Below are positions 26,846 to 36,135 of a stretch of DNA of 49,018 nucleotides, one piece after another. Made by a program: the position numbers and the translations under genes. This DNA comes from Myxococcota bacterium (lineage in GTDB: Bacteria > Myxococcota_A > UBA9160 > PR03). The stretch is taken from positions 1 through 49,018 of the forward strand of contig JBFIML010000033.1 in assembly GCA_041611735.1 (NCBI GenBank), given 5' to 3'. Under the pieces are notes generated by a model that did no database searches, was not told the origin of the DNA, and worked only from the letters and a program-made list of their open reading frames with translations. How positions within the stretch are numbered: position 1 is the first letter of the stretch; each line of letters begins with the position of its first letter.

Positions 26846-27562
26846 ATGGCCACCCGCCGCAAGAAGGCGACCCGCAAGAAGACGACGCGCAAGGCCGCCC
26901 GCAAGAAGGCCGCCGGCCGCCGGAAGGCGACCCGCAAGAAGACGACGCGCAAGGTCGCCCGCAAGAAGGCCGCCGGCCGCCGGAAGGCGACCCGCAAGAA
27001 GGCGACGCGCAAGGCCGCCCGCAAGAAGGCCGCCGGCCGCCGGAAGGCGACCCGCAAGAAGGCCCAGGGCGCCCGGAAGAAGGCGACCGGGCGCAAGCAG
27101 GCGGCCCGCAGGAAGACGGTGCGCGGCGACGCCAGTCGGCGCCGGAAGGCCACTGCCCCCAAGGCCCTCCCGCCGCCGCGTCCCACTCCGGCCGGTCCCA
27201 CGCCGGCCCCCGTGGCGCTCGCACCCAGGGGAAGGCCTGCGGCGGCAGGCGCCAGGCCCGCGGCGGCAGGCGCCAAGCCCGCGGCGCCCCGTCCCCCCGT
27301 CGCGGCCGAAGCCGAGCCCGTCGGCCTGGTGACGCACTACTTCCCGCACGTGGACGCGGGCATCGTCCTGGTGGAGCGTGGCGAGCTGCGCGTGGGCGAC
27401 ACGCTGCACTTCCGGGGCCACACCACCGACTTCTACCAGCGGGTGGAGCGGCTCGAGCTGGATCACCAGCCAGTCGAAGTGGCGCGTCCCGGCCAGTCGG
27501 TGGGCGTCCAGGTCGCGCAACGCGTGCGGGAGCACGACCGGGTCTACCGGGTGTCGGGCTGA
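26846..27562 (+). CDS. Lys/Arg/Ala-rich histone H1-like repeat protein with C-terminal EF-Tu domain II/peptidase U32-C-like beta-barrel
   Basis: (KATRKKTTRKAARKKAAGRR)x3, Pro/Ala linker, VGLVTHYFPHVDAGIV...LRVGDTLHFRGHTTDFYQRV...VGVQVAQRVREHDRVY; GGAGGGAG SD. Confidence 0.85.
   Translation: MATRRKKATRKKTTRKAARKKAAGRRKATRKKTTRKVARKKAAGRRKATRKKATRKAARKKAAGRRKATRKKAQGARKKATGRKQAARRKTVRGDASRRRKATAPKALPPPRPTPAGPTPAPVALAPRGRPAAAGARPAAAGAKPAAPRPPVAAEAEPVGLVTHYFPHVDAGIVLVERGELRVGDTLHFRGHTTDFYQRVERLELDHQPVEVARPGQSVGVQVAQRVREHDRVYRVSG
26864..27063 (+). repeat. 60-bp coding tandem repeat, about 3.3 copies
   Basis: Unit aaggcgacccgcaagaagacgacgcgcaaggccgcccgcaagaaggccgccggccgccgg; copies differ by only 1-2 nt. 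Confidence 0.95.
27233..27286 (+). repeat. 21-bp coding tandem repeat (R/KPAAAGA), about 2.5 copies
   Basis: aggcctgcggcggcaggcgcc / aggcccgcggcggcaggcgcc / aagcccgcggcg. Confidence 0.8.
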
Positions 27563-27602
27563 GAGCTTGCCAGCGGCGTGGGTCGCCCACCGCGCCGGAC
27601 GC

Positions 27603-28064
27603 TCACGCGTCGTCGTCGGACTCCTGGGCGCTGTCCGAACGCGGGGGCGGGAAGGCGCTCGCAGCCGGGGCCGTGGACGGCTTCATGGTGACGCGGCCGT
27701 TCAGGAGGGCCCCCTCCTCCAGCACCAGGGAGCCGGTCTCCACGTCGCCCTCGAGACGTCCGTTCTTGTGGATCACGAGCTGGTTGGAGGCGAACACGTC
27801 TCCCACCACCCGGCCGCTCAGGATCACGTTGCGGGAACGCACCGAGGCCTCGATCTGGCCGGACTCCCCCACGATCAACGTGTTCTCGCTGGAGATCTCG
27901 CCCCGGAAGCGACCGTCGATGCGAACCGTGTCCTGAAAGGAGAGCTTGCCTTCGAAGGACGAGCCTTGATCGATGAAGGCGGTGAGCGGCCCCGCCGGGC
28001 TGGCGGACGGCTCCCCGTCCTCCTCCTCGCCGCCTCGACCACGCAGGAAAGAGCCTCGTGCCAT
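27603..28064 (-). CDS. Bactofilin (polymer-forming cytoskeletal protein)
   Basis: FIDQGSSFEGKLSF..VRIDGRFRGEI..LIVGESGQIEA..GDVETGSLVLEEGALLNGRVTM. Confidence 0.93.
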   Translation of the reverse strand: MARGSFLRGRGGEEEDGEPSASPAGPLTAFIDQGSSFEGKLSFQDTVRIDGRFRGEISSENTLIVGESGQIEASVRSRNVILSGRVVGDVFASNQLVIHKNGRLEGDVETGSLVLEEGALLNGRVTMKPSTAPAASAFPPPRSDSAQESDDDA

Positions 28065-28177
28065 GAACTGCCCTCCCAGCCGTCCCAGAACGGCCTGAAG
28101 CCACGGGATGGATCGGCATCGCCATGGCGGGACTTGAGACTCGGGTGGAGCCCGGCGCTGCTAGACTCGGCCCTTCC

Positions 28178-29080
28178 ATGACCAGCACCCCGAGCGACCC
28201 CGGGGCCCTGCTGCGGCGGGGTCTCGAGAGCGGACGCATCCATTCGGCCTACCTGCTGGCCGGCCCGGGCCACGGGCCGCGCCAGGCCGCCATGGCCTTC
28301 GTGCGTGGGCTGGTCTGCGAGGCCCAGCGCGGCGAGCGCCCCTGCGGCGCCTGCCGGTCCTGCCGGCGCTCCGGTGTGGAGGCGGATCTGCCCCTGGACG
28401 GGGCCGGACGCCGCGGCCCCCTGTACCGCCACGTGGGTGACCACCCCGACCTGCTCTGGGTGGAGCGGGGAGCGGACGACACCCGGGTGCGCATCGGGCA
28501 GATCCGGGCCTTGCAGGCGGCCCTGCGCCTTCGCATCCAGGAGGGCGGTCGGCGCGCGGCCGTGATCGCCGACGCCGAGTGGCTCAACCAGGAGGCGCAG
28601 AACGCTCTGCTGCGCGTGCTCGAGGAGCCGCCGCCGCAGACCACCCTGGTGCTGGTGACCGCCAGCGCGGCGGGCCTGCTGGCCACCGTCCGCTCGCGCT
28701 GCCAGCGCATCGCCTTCCCGCCGCCGCCGGCCCTGGCCCTGGAGGGCGACGAGGTGCCGGAAGCCGTGCGGCGCGTGGTGGAGCGCCTCGAGCAGCTCGA
28801 CGAGCTCTCGGTCCCGGACCTGCTCGACTGGGCCGGGGAGTGCCGGGGCGAGCGGTCCGCCGCCGCCGAGAGCGTGCGCGTGCTGCTCGAGACCGCCTCC
28901 GCCTGGCTGCGGCAGCGCGTGGGCCGCGCCGTGCAGGCGGAGCGCCGCAACGTGCGCAGCGAGCTCGGCGCCTTCGCCACCCTGCAGAGCTGCCGCAAGG
29001 CGCTGGTGCAGCGCAACGCGAACCCGCAGATGGTGGCGGAGCGGGCGCTGCTGGCCCTGCGCGAGGCCGCTTCCCCGTGA
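28178..29080 (+). CDS. holB: DNA polymerase III subunit delta'
   Basis: HSAYLLAGP, C..PCGACRSC zinc module, HPDL, AQNALLRVLEEPP, TVRSRCQ. Confidence 0.92.
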   Translation: MTSTPSDPGALLRRGLESGRIHSAYLLAGPGHGPRQAAMAFVRGLVCEAQRGERPCGACRSCRRSGVEADLPLDGAGRRGPLYRHVGDHPDLLWVERGADDTRVRIGQIRALQAALRLRIQEGGRRAAVIADAEWLNQEAQNALLRVLEEPPPQTTLVLVTASAAGLLATVRSRCQRIAFPPPPALALEGDEVPEAVRRVVERLEQLDELSVPDLLDWAGECRGERSAAAESVRVLLETASAWLRQRVGRAVQAERRNVRSELGAFATLQSCRKALVQRNANPQMVAERALLALREAASP

Positions 29081-30633
29081 GCGGCGTCTTCTACGTCACC
29101 ACGCCGATCTACTACGCGAACGGCGAGCCACACATCGGCCACACCTACACCACCGTGGTGGCGGACACGCTGGCCCGTTACCACCGGCTGGCTGGGGAGG
29201 AGACCGTCTTCCTGACCGGCACGGACGAACACGGCGAGAAGATGGCGGAGGCGGCGATCGCCCGGGGCCTCTCTCCGCAGCAGCTCGCCGACGAGAACTC
29301 CGCCCGCTTCCAGGCCGCCTGGGACGCCCTCGGCCTGCGCTACGACCGCTTCATTCGCACCACCGACCCGCGCCACGTGCACGCGGTCCAGACGCTGCTG
29401 CAGAAGGTGCACGACGCCGGAGACATCGACTTCCGCGAGTACGAAGGCCTCTACTGCGTGGGCTGCGAGCGCTTCCTGACCGAGCGCGACCTGGTGGATG
29501 GGCTATGCCGGGACCACGAACGACCGCCGGAGAAGCGCAGCGAGGCCAATTACTTCTTTCGCATGACGCGCTACTTCGACTGGCTCGGCGAGCACATCCA
29601 GCGGCATCCGGAGTTCATCCGGCCGGAGCGCTACCGCAACGAGGCCCTGGCCATGCTGCGGGAGGAAAGCGGGCTCGCGGACCTGTGCATTTCCCGACCC
29701 AAGTCGCGGCTCAACTGGGGCATCGAGCTTCCCTTCGACCGGGAGTTCGTCTGCTACGTCTGGTTCGACGCGCTGATCAACTACCTGTCGGGGATCGGAT
29801 ACCCGGACGAGGCGCGCTTCGAGCGGCTGTGGCCCCGCGCCGAGCACCTGGTGGGCAAGGACATCCTGAAGCCCCACGCCATCTTCTGGCCCTGCATGCT
29901 GCGCGCGGCGGGCCTGGCGCCGTTTCGCACCCTGCACGTTCACGGCTACTGGAACCTGGACGCCCGCAAGGTCTCGAAGAGCCTCGGCAACCGGATCGAC
30001 CCGCTCACCATGCGCGAGCGCTACGGCTTTGACGCCTTCCGTTACTTCCTGCTGCGCGAGATGGTCTTCGGCCTCGACGCGAACTTCACCGAGGAGGCCC
30101 TGGTGGCCCGCATCAACGCGGACCTCGCCAACAACCTGGGCAACCTGGTGAGTCGCACCCTGAACATGACGGCGCGCTATGCGGAAGGGCGGGTGCCGCA
30201 AGCCGGGGCAGAGGGCGCGTCGGAGCGGGCCGTGTCCGAGGCGGCGGCCCGGGCCGCCGAGGAGGTGGACCGGAGCGTCCGGGAGCTCGCCTTCCATCGC
30301 GCCCTGGAGGGCGTCTTCGGGCTGGTGGACGCGGTGAACCGCTACCTGGATGCGAGCGCTCCCTGGCAGGCGGCCCGGCGCCCCAACGGAGCGGGCGCGG
30401 TGCGCACCAGCCTGTACACGGCGTGCGAGGCGCTGCGGGTGGTGGCGCTGCTGCTGGCCCCCTTCCTGCCCGAGACGGCAGCGGAGATCGCGGCGCGCCT
30501 GGGCGTCCCGGACGCCGTGAGCGCTGCACGCCTGCCCGACGACGCCCGGGCCTTTGGACGTCTCGCCGTGGGCTGCGAGACGCGCAAGGGCGAGCCGCTC
30601 TTCCCCCGCCTGGAGCCGCCGGCGGAGGCTTGA
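29077..30633 (+). CDS. metG: Methionine--tRNA ligase (short form, no C-terminal tRNA-binding domain)
   Basis: YVTTPIYY, PHIGH, TGTDEHG, YVWFDAL, GKDI, KVSKS, ending LFPRL. Confidence 0.97.
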   Translation: MSGVFYVTTPIYYANGEPHIGHTYTTVVADTLARYHRLAGEETVFLTGTDEHGEKMAEAAIARGLSPQQLADENSARFQAAWDALGLRYDRFIRTTDPRHVHAVQTLLQKVHDAGDIDFREYEGLYCVGCERFLTERDLVDGLCRDHERPPEKRSEANYFFRMTRYFDWLGEHIQRHPEFIRPERYRNEALAMLREESGLADLCISRPKSRLNWGIELPFDREFVCYVWFDALINYLSGIGYPDEARFERLWPRAEHLVGKDILKPHAIFWPCMLRAAGLAPFRTLHVHGYWNLDARKVSKSLGNRIDPLTMRERYGFDAFRYFLLREMVFGLDANFTEEALVARINADLANNLGNLVSRTLNMTARYAEGRVPQAGAEGASERAVSEAAARAAEEVDRSVRELAFHRALEGVFGLVDAVNRYLDASAPWQAARRPNGAGAVRTSLYTACEALRVVALLLAPFLPETAAEIAARLGVPDAVSAARLPDDARAFGRLAVGCETRKGEPLFPRLEPPAEA

Positions 30634-30640
30634 GGACGCC

Positions 30641-31432
30641 GTGTGGCTCGACAGCCACGCCCACGTGACGGCGCCCGAGTTCGACGCCGATCGGGACGCG
30701 GTGCTCGAACGCGCATGGGATGCCGGCGTGACGGGAATCGTGGCCATCGGTGCGGGCTGGGGCGTGGACGCCAACGCGGCGGCCGTGGAGCTGGCCGGAC
30801 GCGAGCCGCGCGTGTTCGCCACCGTGGGCGTCCACCCGCACGACGCCAGCCAGCTCGACGACGCCGGCCGGGCGCGGCTGCGCGCGTGGCTCTCCCGGCC
30901 CGGCGTGGTGGCCGTCGGCGAATGCGGCCTCGACTACCACTACGACCACTCGCCGCGCGCCGTGCAGCGGGCGGTGTTCGCCGAGCAGGTGGCGCTGGCC
31001 CGGGAGCGCGCCCTCCCGGTCTCGATCCACGTGCGGGGCGACGGGCCCGAGGCGTGGGACGACCTGCTCAGCATCTGGCGCTGCGAGGCGGCCGGTTCGG
31101 TGGAGGGCGTGCTGCACTGCTTCACCGGCAGCCTGGACGTGGCGCGCCGGGCCCTGGAGGAGCGGCTGTGGATCTCCTTCTCGGGCATCCTCACCTTCCG
31201 CAAGGACGGCGGGCTGCGGGAGGTGGCCGCCGCCCTGCCCCTGGATCGGCTGCTGGTGGAGACCGACTGCCCGTTGCTGGCTCCCGAGGGCTTCCGGGGC
31301 CGGCGCAACGAGCCCGCCCACGTGGGGCGGGTGGGAGAGGTGCTGGCTCGGGTGCAGGAGCAGCCCGTGGAGGAAGTGGCCCGGCGCACCAGCGAGAACG
31401 CGCGCCGGCTGTTCCGGCTGCCGGCTCCGTGA
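30641..31432 (+). CDS. tatD: TatD family DNase
   Basis: DSHAH, GVHPH, VGECGLDY, LHCF, VETDCP, RNEP. Confidence 0.95.
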   Translation: MWLDSHAHVTAPEFDADRDAVLERAWDAGVTGIVAIGAGWGVDANAAAVELAGREPRVFATVGVHPHDASQLDDAGRARLRAWLSRPGVVAVGECGLDYHYDHSPRAVQRAVFAEQVALARERALPVSIHVRGDGPEAWDDLLSIWRCEAAGSVEGVLHCFTGSLDVARRALEERLWISFSGILTFRKDGGLREVAAALPLDRLLVETDCPLLAPEGFRGRRNEPAHVGRVGEVLARVQEQPVEEVARRTSENARRLFRLPAP

Positions 31433-32244
31433 GCGCGCTCCCGGGCGCCGGGGGCGCGGGCGAGGCGGGTCGGGTGTTGGAGCTCGCGGTGCGCCTGGCC
31501 CGCGCCGCGGGCGCCATCCAGCTCGAGCGCTACGAGACCGAGCTGCACGTGGCCCGCAAGAGCAGCCCGATCGACCTCGTGACCGAGGTGGATCGCGCCT
31601 GCGAGAGCCTGATCGTGGACACCCTGGCCCGGGAGCGCCCCGACGACGCGGTGGTCGCCGAGGAGGGCGGCGGCGCCGACCGGCCGGACGCCGCCTGGCG
31701 CTGGATCGTGGATCCGTTGGACGGCACCGTGAACTTCGCCCACGGCTACCCCTGCTTCTGCGTCTCGATCGGCGTGGAGCAGCGCGGCGTGCGTAGCGTG
31801 GGCGTCGTGTATGAGCCGTTGCGGGACGAGCTCTACCACGCCGTGCGCGGGGGCGGAGCCTGGCGCAACGGCGAGCCGATCCGGGTCTCGAGGGAGACCG
31901 AGCTCGAACGCTCGCTGCTCGCCACGGGCTTCGCCTACGACGTGCGGCGCAGCCTCGAGGACAACCTGGACCATTTCGGCCACGTGCTGAAGGCGGCCCG
32001 GGCCCTGCGCCGCGACGGGGCCGCGGCGGTGGACCTCTGCTACGTGGCGTGCGGGCGCCTGGACGGCTTCTGGGAGCTCAAGCTGCACCCGTGGGACGTG
32101 GCGGCGGGGATCCTGCTGGTGGAGGAGGCCGGCGGGCGGGTGACCGACCTGGGCGGCGGCCCGCCGCCGTGGTCGGGCCGGAACATCGTGGCCAGCAACG
32201 GCGGCATCCACGAGGCGCTGCTCCAGGTCCTGGGACGGCCCTGA
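31429..32244 (+). CDS. suhB: Inositol monophosphatase family protein
   Basis: DLVTEVD, WIVDPLDGTVNF, PWDVAAG. Confidence 0.93.
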   Translation: MSALPGAGGAGEAGRVLELAVRLARAAGAIQLERYETELHVARKSSPIDLVTEVDRACESLIVDTLARERPDDAVVAEEGGGADRPDAAWRWIVDPLDGTVNFAHGYPCFCVSIGVEQRGVRSVGVVYEPLRDELYHAVRGGGAWRNGEPIRVSRETELERSLLATGFAYDVRRSLEDNLDHFGHVLKAARALRRDGAAAVDLCYVACGRLDGFWELKLHPWDVAAGILLVEEAGGRVTDLGGGPPPWSGRNIVASNGGIHEALLQVLGRP

Positions 32245-32245
32245 G

Positions 32246-33715
32246 CTACTCGTCCAATCCGCCCCCCGGCTGTTCCGCCGCCTCGGGCGCCGGGACCTCC
32301 GCCTCCGGCTCGCCCTCCGCTTCGCTCGGGGGCGCCAGGAAGCGGTTGCGCAGCGCCTCGAGGCCGAGGGGAAGAGTCTCGGCCAGCTCCTCGTCCAGCA
32401 GGTAGACCGTCGCGCGCTCGGGCACCCGGGCGAAGATGCCCCGGCCGGCCTTCGCGTGACCCACGTGCACCTCGGCGAGCTTCGGGGCCTCGCCGTCCTC
32501 GGCGGCTCCGAAGACGCGGAAGATCACGCGGGGAGGCGAGAGCCCCACCCCCGCCAGCTCCTGGGCGCCCATGGATTCGGCGGCGATGTCCTCGGCGCGC
32601 AGGCGGCCGAGCTCGGCGAGCAGGCGGGCCGGCATGCCCTCCGCCAGGCGCTCGGGGCGCGTCGCCCAGCCCTCCTCGCCGCGCTCGGCCTCCAGGGTGT
32701 GGACCTCCCCACCCGGCTCGTGGAAGGCGATCTCGACGCGCTGGGCGTCGCCCGAGGGGAACGAGGCCAGCTCCTTGAAGCGGTAGGCCACCACGCGGCG
32801 GGGCAGCTCCTCCAGGCGCTCCTCGGGGATCGTGTAGAGGGCACCGCCCGCGCCCCGGGCCACGCGGCCCTGGTCGTCCCAGGCGGCGCCGACCGCGAGC
32901 TCGAAGCGCAGCGGCTCCTCTCCCTCCCGAGGTGCCGGCGCCGAGAGCAGCGCCCGGAAGGCCGGCCGCTCGAAGCCGAAGCGGGCGTCCGCCGGCGGAT
33001 CGTCCACGAAGCCTTCGGCGCGCAGGAACGAGAGATCCGAGAGCAGGGTCTCCACGGTGGTGGCATCGGCCCGGGTCTCCAGGGGAGCCACCAGGAACCA
33101 GCCGTCGTCCCGCTTCTCCAGGGTGACGGCCCCGTCCGGCCAGCTCGCCTCGATGCGCTGGATGCTCTCGCGGTCGAAGCGCAGCAGGCGCCGCTCGCGC
33201 AGGTCGGCCAGGGAGCGCTGCAAGGCGTTCACCCGGAAGGTGAGCACGGTGAAGACCCGCGCGTCGCCCCCCACCCCCACGTAGGTGTTGCCACCGACCG
33301 GCGTCTTCTTGCCCACGCGCAGCTCGTGGTCCGTCTGCCCGGCCCGGAAGCGCACCACGCGCGCCGACTCCCCCAGGCCGTAGACCTCCGGCGGCTGGGG
33401 GTCCTCGAAGCTGTTCTCGCTGGACATTTCCGTCAGGGCCGAGGCCATTCCGTCGAGCGCGACCTCGTCACCGGGGAACTCCAGGGGCTCGACCAGCTTC
33501 CAACCGCCGTCCACGCGTTCGACGCGCACCTGCCGGTCGTCCGTGGTGGTGAGCGCGACCGACGCCACGTCCGAGGCCTCCAGATCCGGAAACAGCCGCT
33601 TCGCCTGCTCTGCCGCCTCCTCGCGTCGGGCCCCGCCGCGGATCTCGTAGAGGTACACGAAGGCCGCCAGGGCGGCGGCCACTAGCAGCAGGACAGCGGT
33701 GGTACGAGGCTTCAC
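32246..33715 (-). CDS. DUF4340 domain protein (tandem repeats)
   Basis: N-terminal TM, repeated W.LxxP / YGL / LRVG / LRERRL units; typical last gene of GldA/F/G-like operons. Confidence 0.85.
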   Translation of the reverse strand: MKPRTTAVLLLVAAALAAFVYLYEIRGGARREEAAEQAKRLFPDLEASDVASVALTTTDDRQVRVERVDGGWKLVEPLEFPGDEVALDGMASALTEMSSENSFEDPQPPEVYGLGESARVVRFRAGQTDHELRVGKKTPVGGNTYVGVGGDARVFTVLTFRVNALQRSLADLRERRLLRFDRESIQRIEASWPDGAVTLEKRDDGWFLVAPLETRADATTVETLLSDLSFLRAEGFVDDPPADARFGFERPAFRALLSAPAPREGEEPLRFELAVGAAWDDQGRVARGAGGALYTIPEERLEELPRRVVAYRFKELASFPSGDAQRVEIAFHEPGGEVHTLEAERGEEGWATRPERLAEGMPARLLAELGRLRAEDIAAESMGAQELAGVGLSPPRVIFRVFGAAEDGEAPKLAEVHVGHAKAGRGIFARVPERATVYLLDEELAETLPLGLEALRNRFLAPPSEAEGEPEAEVPAPEAAEQPGGGLDE

Positions 33716-33725
33716 GGCCCGCTCG

Positions 33726-35336
33726 CTAGCGGCCGGGCGCGCGCCGGCGGCTCCACCAGGCGATGACGCCGGCCACGGCGATCGCCTCCGGGAGGACGAA
33801 GAGCGAGAGGTAGCGGATCTGGCTGAACTGCTCGGTGGAGAGCTGCAGGCGCGACGCCCGCGAGCGCGTCGGCCGGATCGCGATGGCTTCCACGTCCCCG
33901 AGCAGCCAGTTCACTGCGTTCACGAACAGGTCGCGATTGCGGTAGGCCTCGAGCAGCTGATTGGAGGCGAAGTCCGAGTCGCCGAACACGACGAGGCGCG
34001 CCGCCTGGCGCTCGGCCGGCTCGCCCCCCTCGTCGCCCGCGGACGCCCCCTCGCCATCGTCCGCCGCCAGGGGCTCGCCCGCCACGGCCACCGTCACCGG
34101 CCCGCGCAGGTCGTCGTCGCCGAGCTCCGCCACGCCGCGCCCGAAGAGCGCCGTCAGGTCGCGCTCGCCCCAGGAGTGCTCGCTGGTGCGCACGATCTCC
34201 ACGAAGCGGTCCTTCGCGTCTTCCCGAGCTCGCACGCTGCGCGCCACGTGGAAGAGCGTCACCTCACGCAGCCCCTCGGTGATCGGATGGGTCCCGTATT
34301 GCCCTGCGAAGGGAGTCATGGCCTGGCCGAACATGCCCTGCACCCGGTCCACGACCACGTCGGTGCCCACCTCGACGCCCCAGCGCGCCAGGTCTTCGCC
34401 GAGGTCGGTGTTGGCGCGCGGGTCGATCAGCACGAGCAGGGCCCCGCCCCGTGCCAGGTAGCGCTGGAGGGCCCCGTGCTCCGCGGGCTGGAGCGGCCGG
34501 GTGGCCCCGGCCACCACCAGCACGTCGGCGTCCTCGGGCACGTCGCCCCGGGTCGCCAGCAGCAGGTTCTCCCAGCGGTAGTTCTCGTTGCGCAGCGCCT
34601 CGGCGGCCCGGGCGAAGCCTTCCTTGCCGTCGGCGCCCTCCCCCTCCACGGGACGCTCGTTGTGGCCTTCCAGGAAGTAGACCTTCTTGGTGCCCGTGCG
34701 CGTCAGCTTGACCAGCGCGTTGGTTAGCTTCTCCTCGTCGACCTCGTCGAGCTCGACCGACTCCGGGCCGAGGGCGACGCGCACCAGCCCGTCCTGGAGC
34801 TTCTCCGGGGAGACGCCGAAACGCTCCACCAGGTCCGGCCGCGCGTTCGGGTCGGCGAACTGCACCTGGAAGCGCGGGCTCGCGTAGACGTAGCGGTCCA
34901 GCAGCTCGCGCACCGGCTGGGCATCGAGGGGCGAATAGAAGGCCACCACCTCCACGTCCTGCTCGAGGCCGTTCAGCACCTTGTGCGTCTGCTCCGAGAG
35001 CGAGTGGACGCCGGCCTCGCTCCAGTCGAAGCGCACGGAGTGGCGGGCCGCCAGGAAGCCGAGCATGCCGAGGATGGCCATGGCGAGCAGGGTCTGCCCC
35101 ACGGCGCTGGTGCCGAAGCGCTCGATGCGACGCGCCTCCCCGGTCGCGAGCCGCTCGCGCAGGGCGTCGAGACCCGACACCAGCCAGATCCCCAGCAGCA
35201 CCAGGCCGATCACGATGTTGACGACGATCCAGCCCCAGTCGGTGGGGGCCCCGGCCAGGAGCAGCAGCACCGAGAGCAGCCCGAAGACGAGCGCCACGCC
35301 CCCGAGGGCGCCGAGCAGGGCCGGCCAGCCGGTCAT
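33726..35336 (-). CDS. GldG-family ABC auxiliary component
   Basis: RFDWSEAGVHSLSEQT, VYFLEGHNE, RLVVFGDSDFASN, NRDLFVNAVNWL, C-terminal TM followed by RRR. Confidence 0.9.
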   Translation of the reverse strand: MTGWPALLGALGGVALVFGLLSVLLLLAGAPTDWGWIVVNIVIGLVLLGIWLVSGLDALRERLATGEARRIERFGTSAVGQTLLAMAILGMLGFLAARHSVRFDWSEAGVHSLSEQTHKVLNGLEQDVEVVAFYSPLDAQPVRELLDRYVYASPRFQVQFADPNARPDLVERFGVSPEKLQDGLVRVALGPESVELDEVDEEKLTNALVKLTRTGTKKVYFLEGHNERPVEGEGADGKEGFARAAEALRNENYRWENLLLATRGDVPEDADVLVVAGATRPLQPAEHGALQRYLARGGALLVLIDPRANTDLGEDLARWGVEVGTDVVVDRVQGMFGQAMTPFAGQYGTHPITEGLREVTLFHVARSVRAREDAKDRFVEIVRTSEHSWGERDLTALFGRGVAELGDDDLRGPVTVAVAGEPLAADDGEGASAGDEGGEPAERQAARLVVFGDSDFASNQLLEAYRNRDLFVNAVNWLLGDVEAIAIRPTRSRASRLQLSTEQFSQIRYLSLFVLPEAIAVAGVIAWWSRRRAPGR

Positions 35337-35337
35337 C

Positions 35338-36135
35338 TCAACGCCACCTCACCGACTCCACGGCCGCCTTTGCCAGCAGCAGGAAGGTCCCCACCACCAC
35401 CGCGAAGTAGGCCAGGTCTGCCGTGTCCACCAGCCCCCGCACCAGGTTCCCGAAGTGCTCGGAGGTGGACAGCCAGCGCAGGAAGTCCCCGATGCCGGTG
35501 CCCGCGCCGAAGCTGCCTCCGGCCGCACCGAGGTCCGCCAGGAAGGAGAGCATCCACAGCACGAGCAGCAGCACGAAGGCCAGGAAGAACGCCACCAGCT
35601 GGCTCTGGGTCACGGAGGAGGCGAAGGCGCCGATGGCCGCGTAGGCGAGGCCGACCAGGAGCAGTCCGAGCAGGCCCGCACCCGTCTTGCCGAGCTCGGG
35701 GTCCCCGTACACGAACAAGAGCCCCGGGAAGAGCGCCACCAGGGCCACCAGCAGCGTCACGAAGAGTGCCGCGGCCAGGAACTTGCCGATCACCAGCTCC
35801 CAGAGGGTGAGCGGGCTCGTGAGCAGGAGCTCCTGGGTCCCATTCGCCTTTTCCGCCGCGAAGAGCCCCATGGTGATGCCCGGGATCAGGAACAGCAGCA
35901 CCACGGACATCACGTCGAAGAACGGCGCGATCACGTGGTCGTTCAGGTTCAGCTCCCGGAGACGGTCGAAGAGCTGGAACTGCTGCAGGCGGAACGAGTA
36001 CTCGTTGAACTGAAGGATCGCGGACAGGAAGAAGAAGCCGGCCAGCACCGCGAAGAGCGTGAGCACGGCGTAGGCCACGGGAGACACGAACAGCGACCGC
36101 AGCTCCCGGGACGCGACGGGCCAGGTGTGCCTCAC
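35338..36135 (-). CDS. ABC-2 permease (GldF-like)
   Basis: RELRSLFVSPVAY, ITMGLFAAEKANGTQELLLTSP, GKFLA. Confidence 0.92.
   Translation of the reverse strand: MRHTWPVASRELRSLFVSPVAYAVLTLFAVLAGFFFLSAILQFNEYSFRLQQFQLFDRLRELNLNDHVIAPFFDVMSVVLLFLIPGITMGLFAAEKANGTQELLLTSPLTLWELVIGKFLAAALFVTLLVALVALFPGLLFVYGDPELGKTGAGLLGLLLVGLAYAAIGAFASSVTQSQLVAFFLAFVLLLVLWMLSFLADLGAAGGSFGAGTGIGDFLRWLSTSEHFGNLVRGLVDTADLAYFAVVVGTFLLLAKAAVESVRWR

Noticed and set aside
26864-27063. Regular repeats as a possible CRISPR array
   Set aside because: Contiguous in-frame tandem units without unique spacers; no cas genes nearby.
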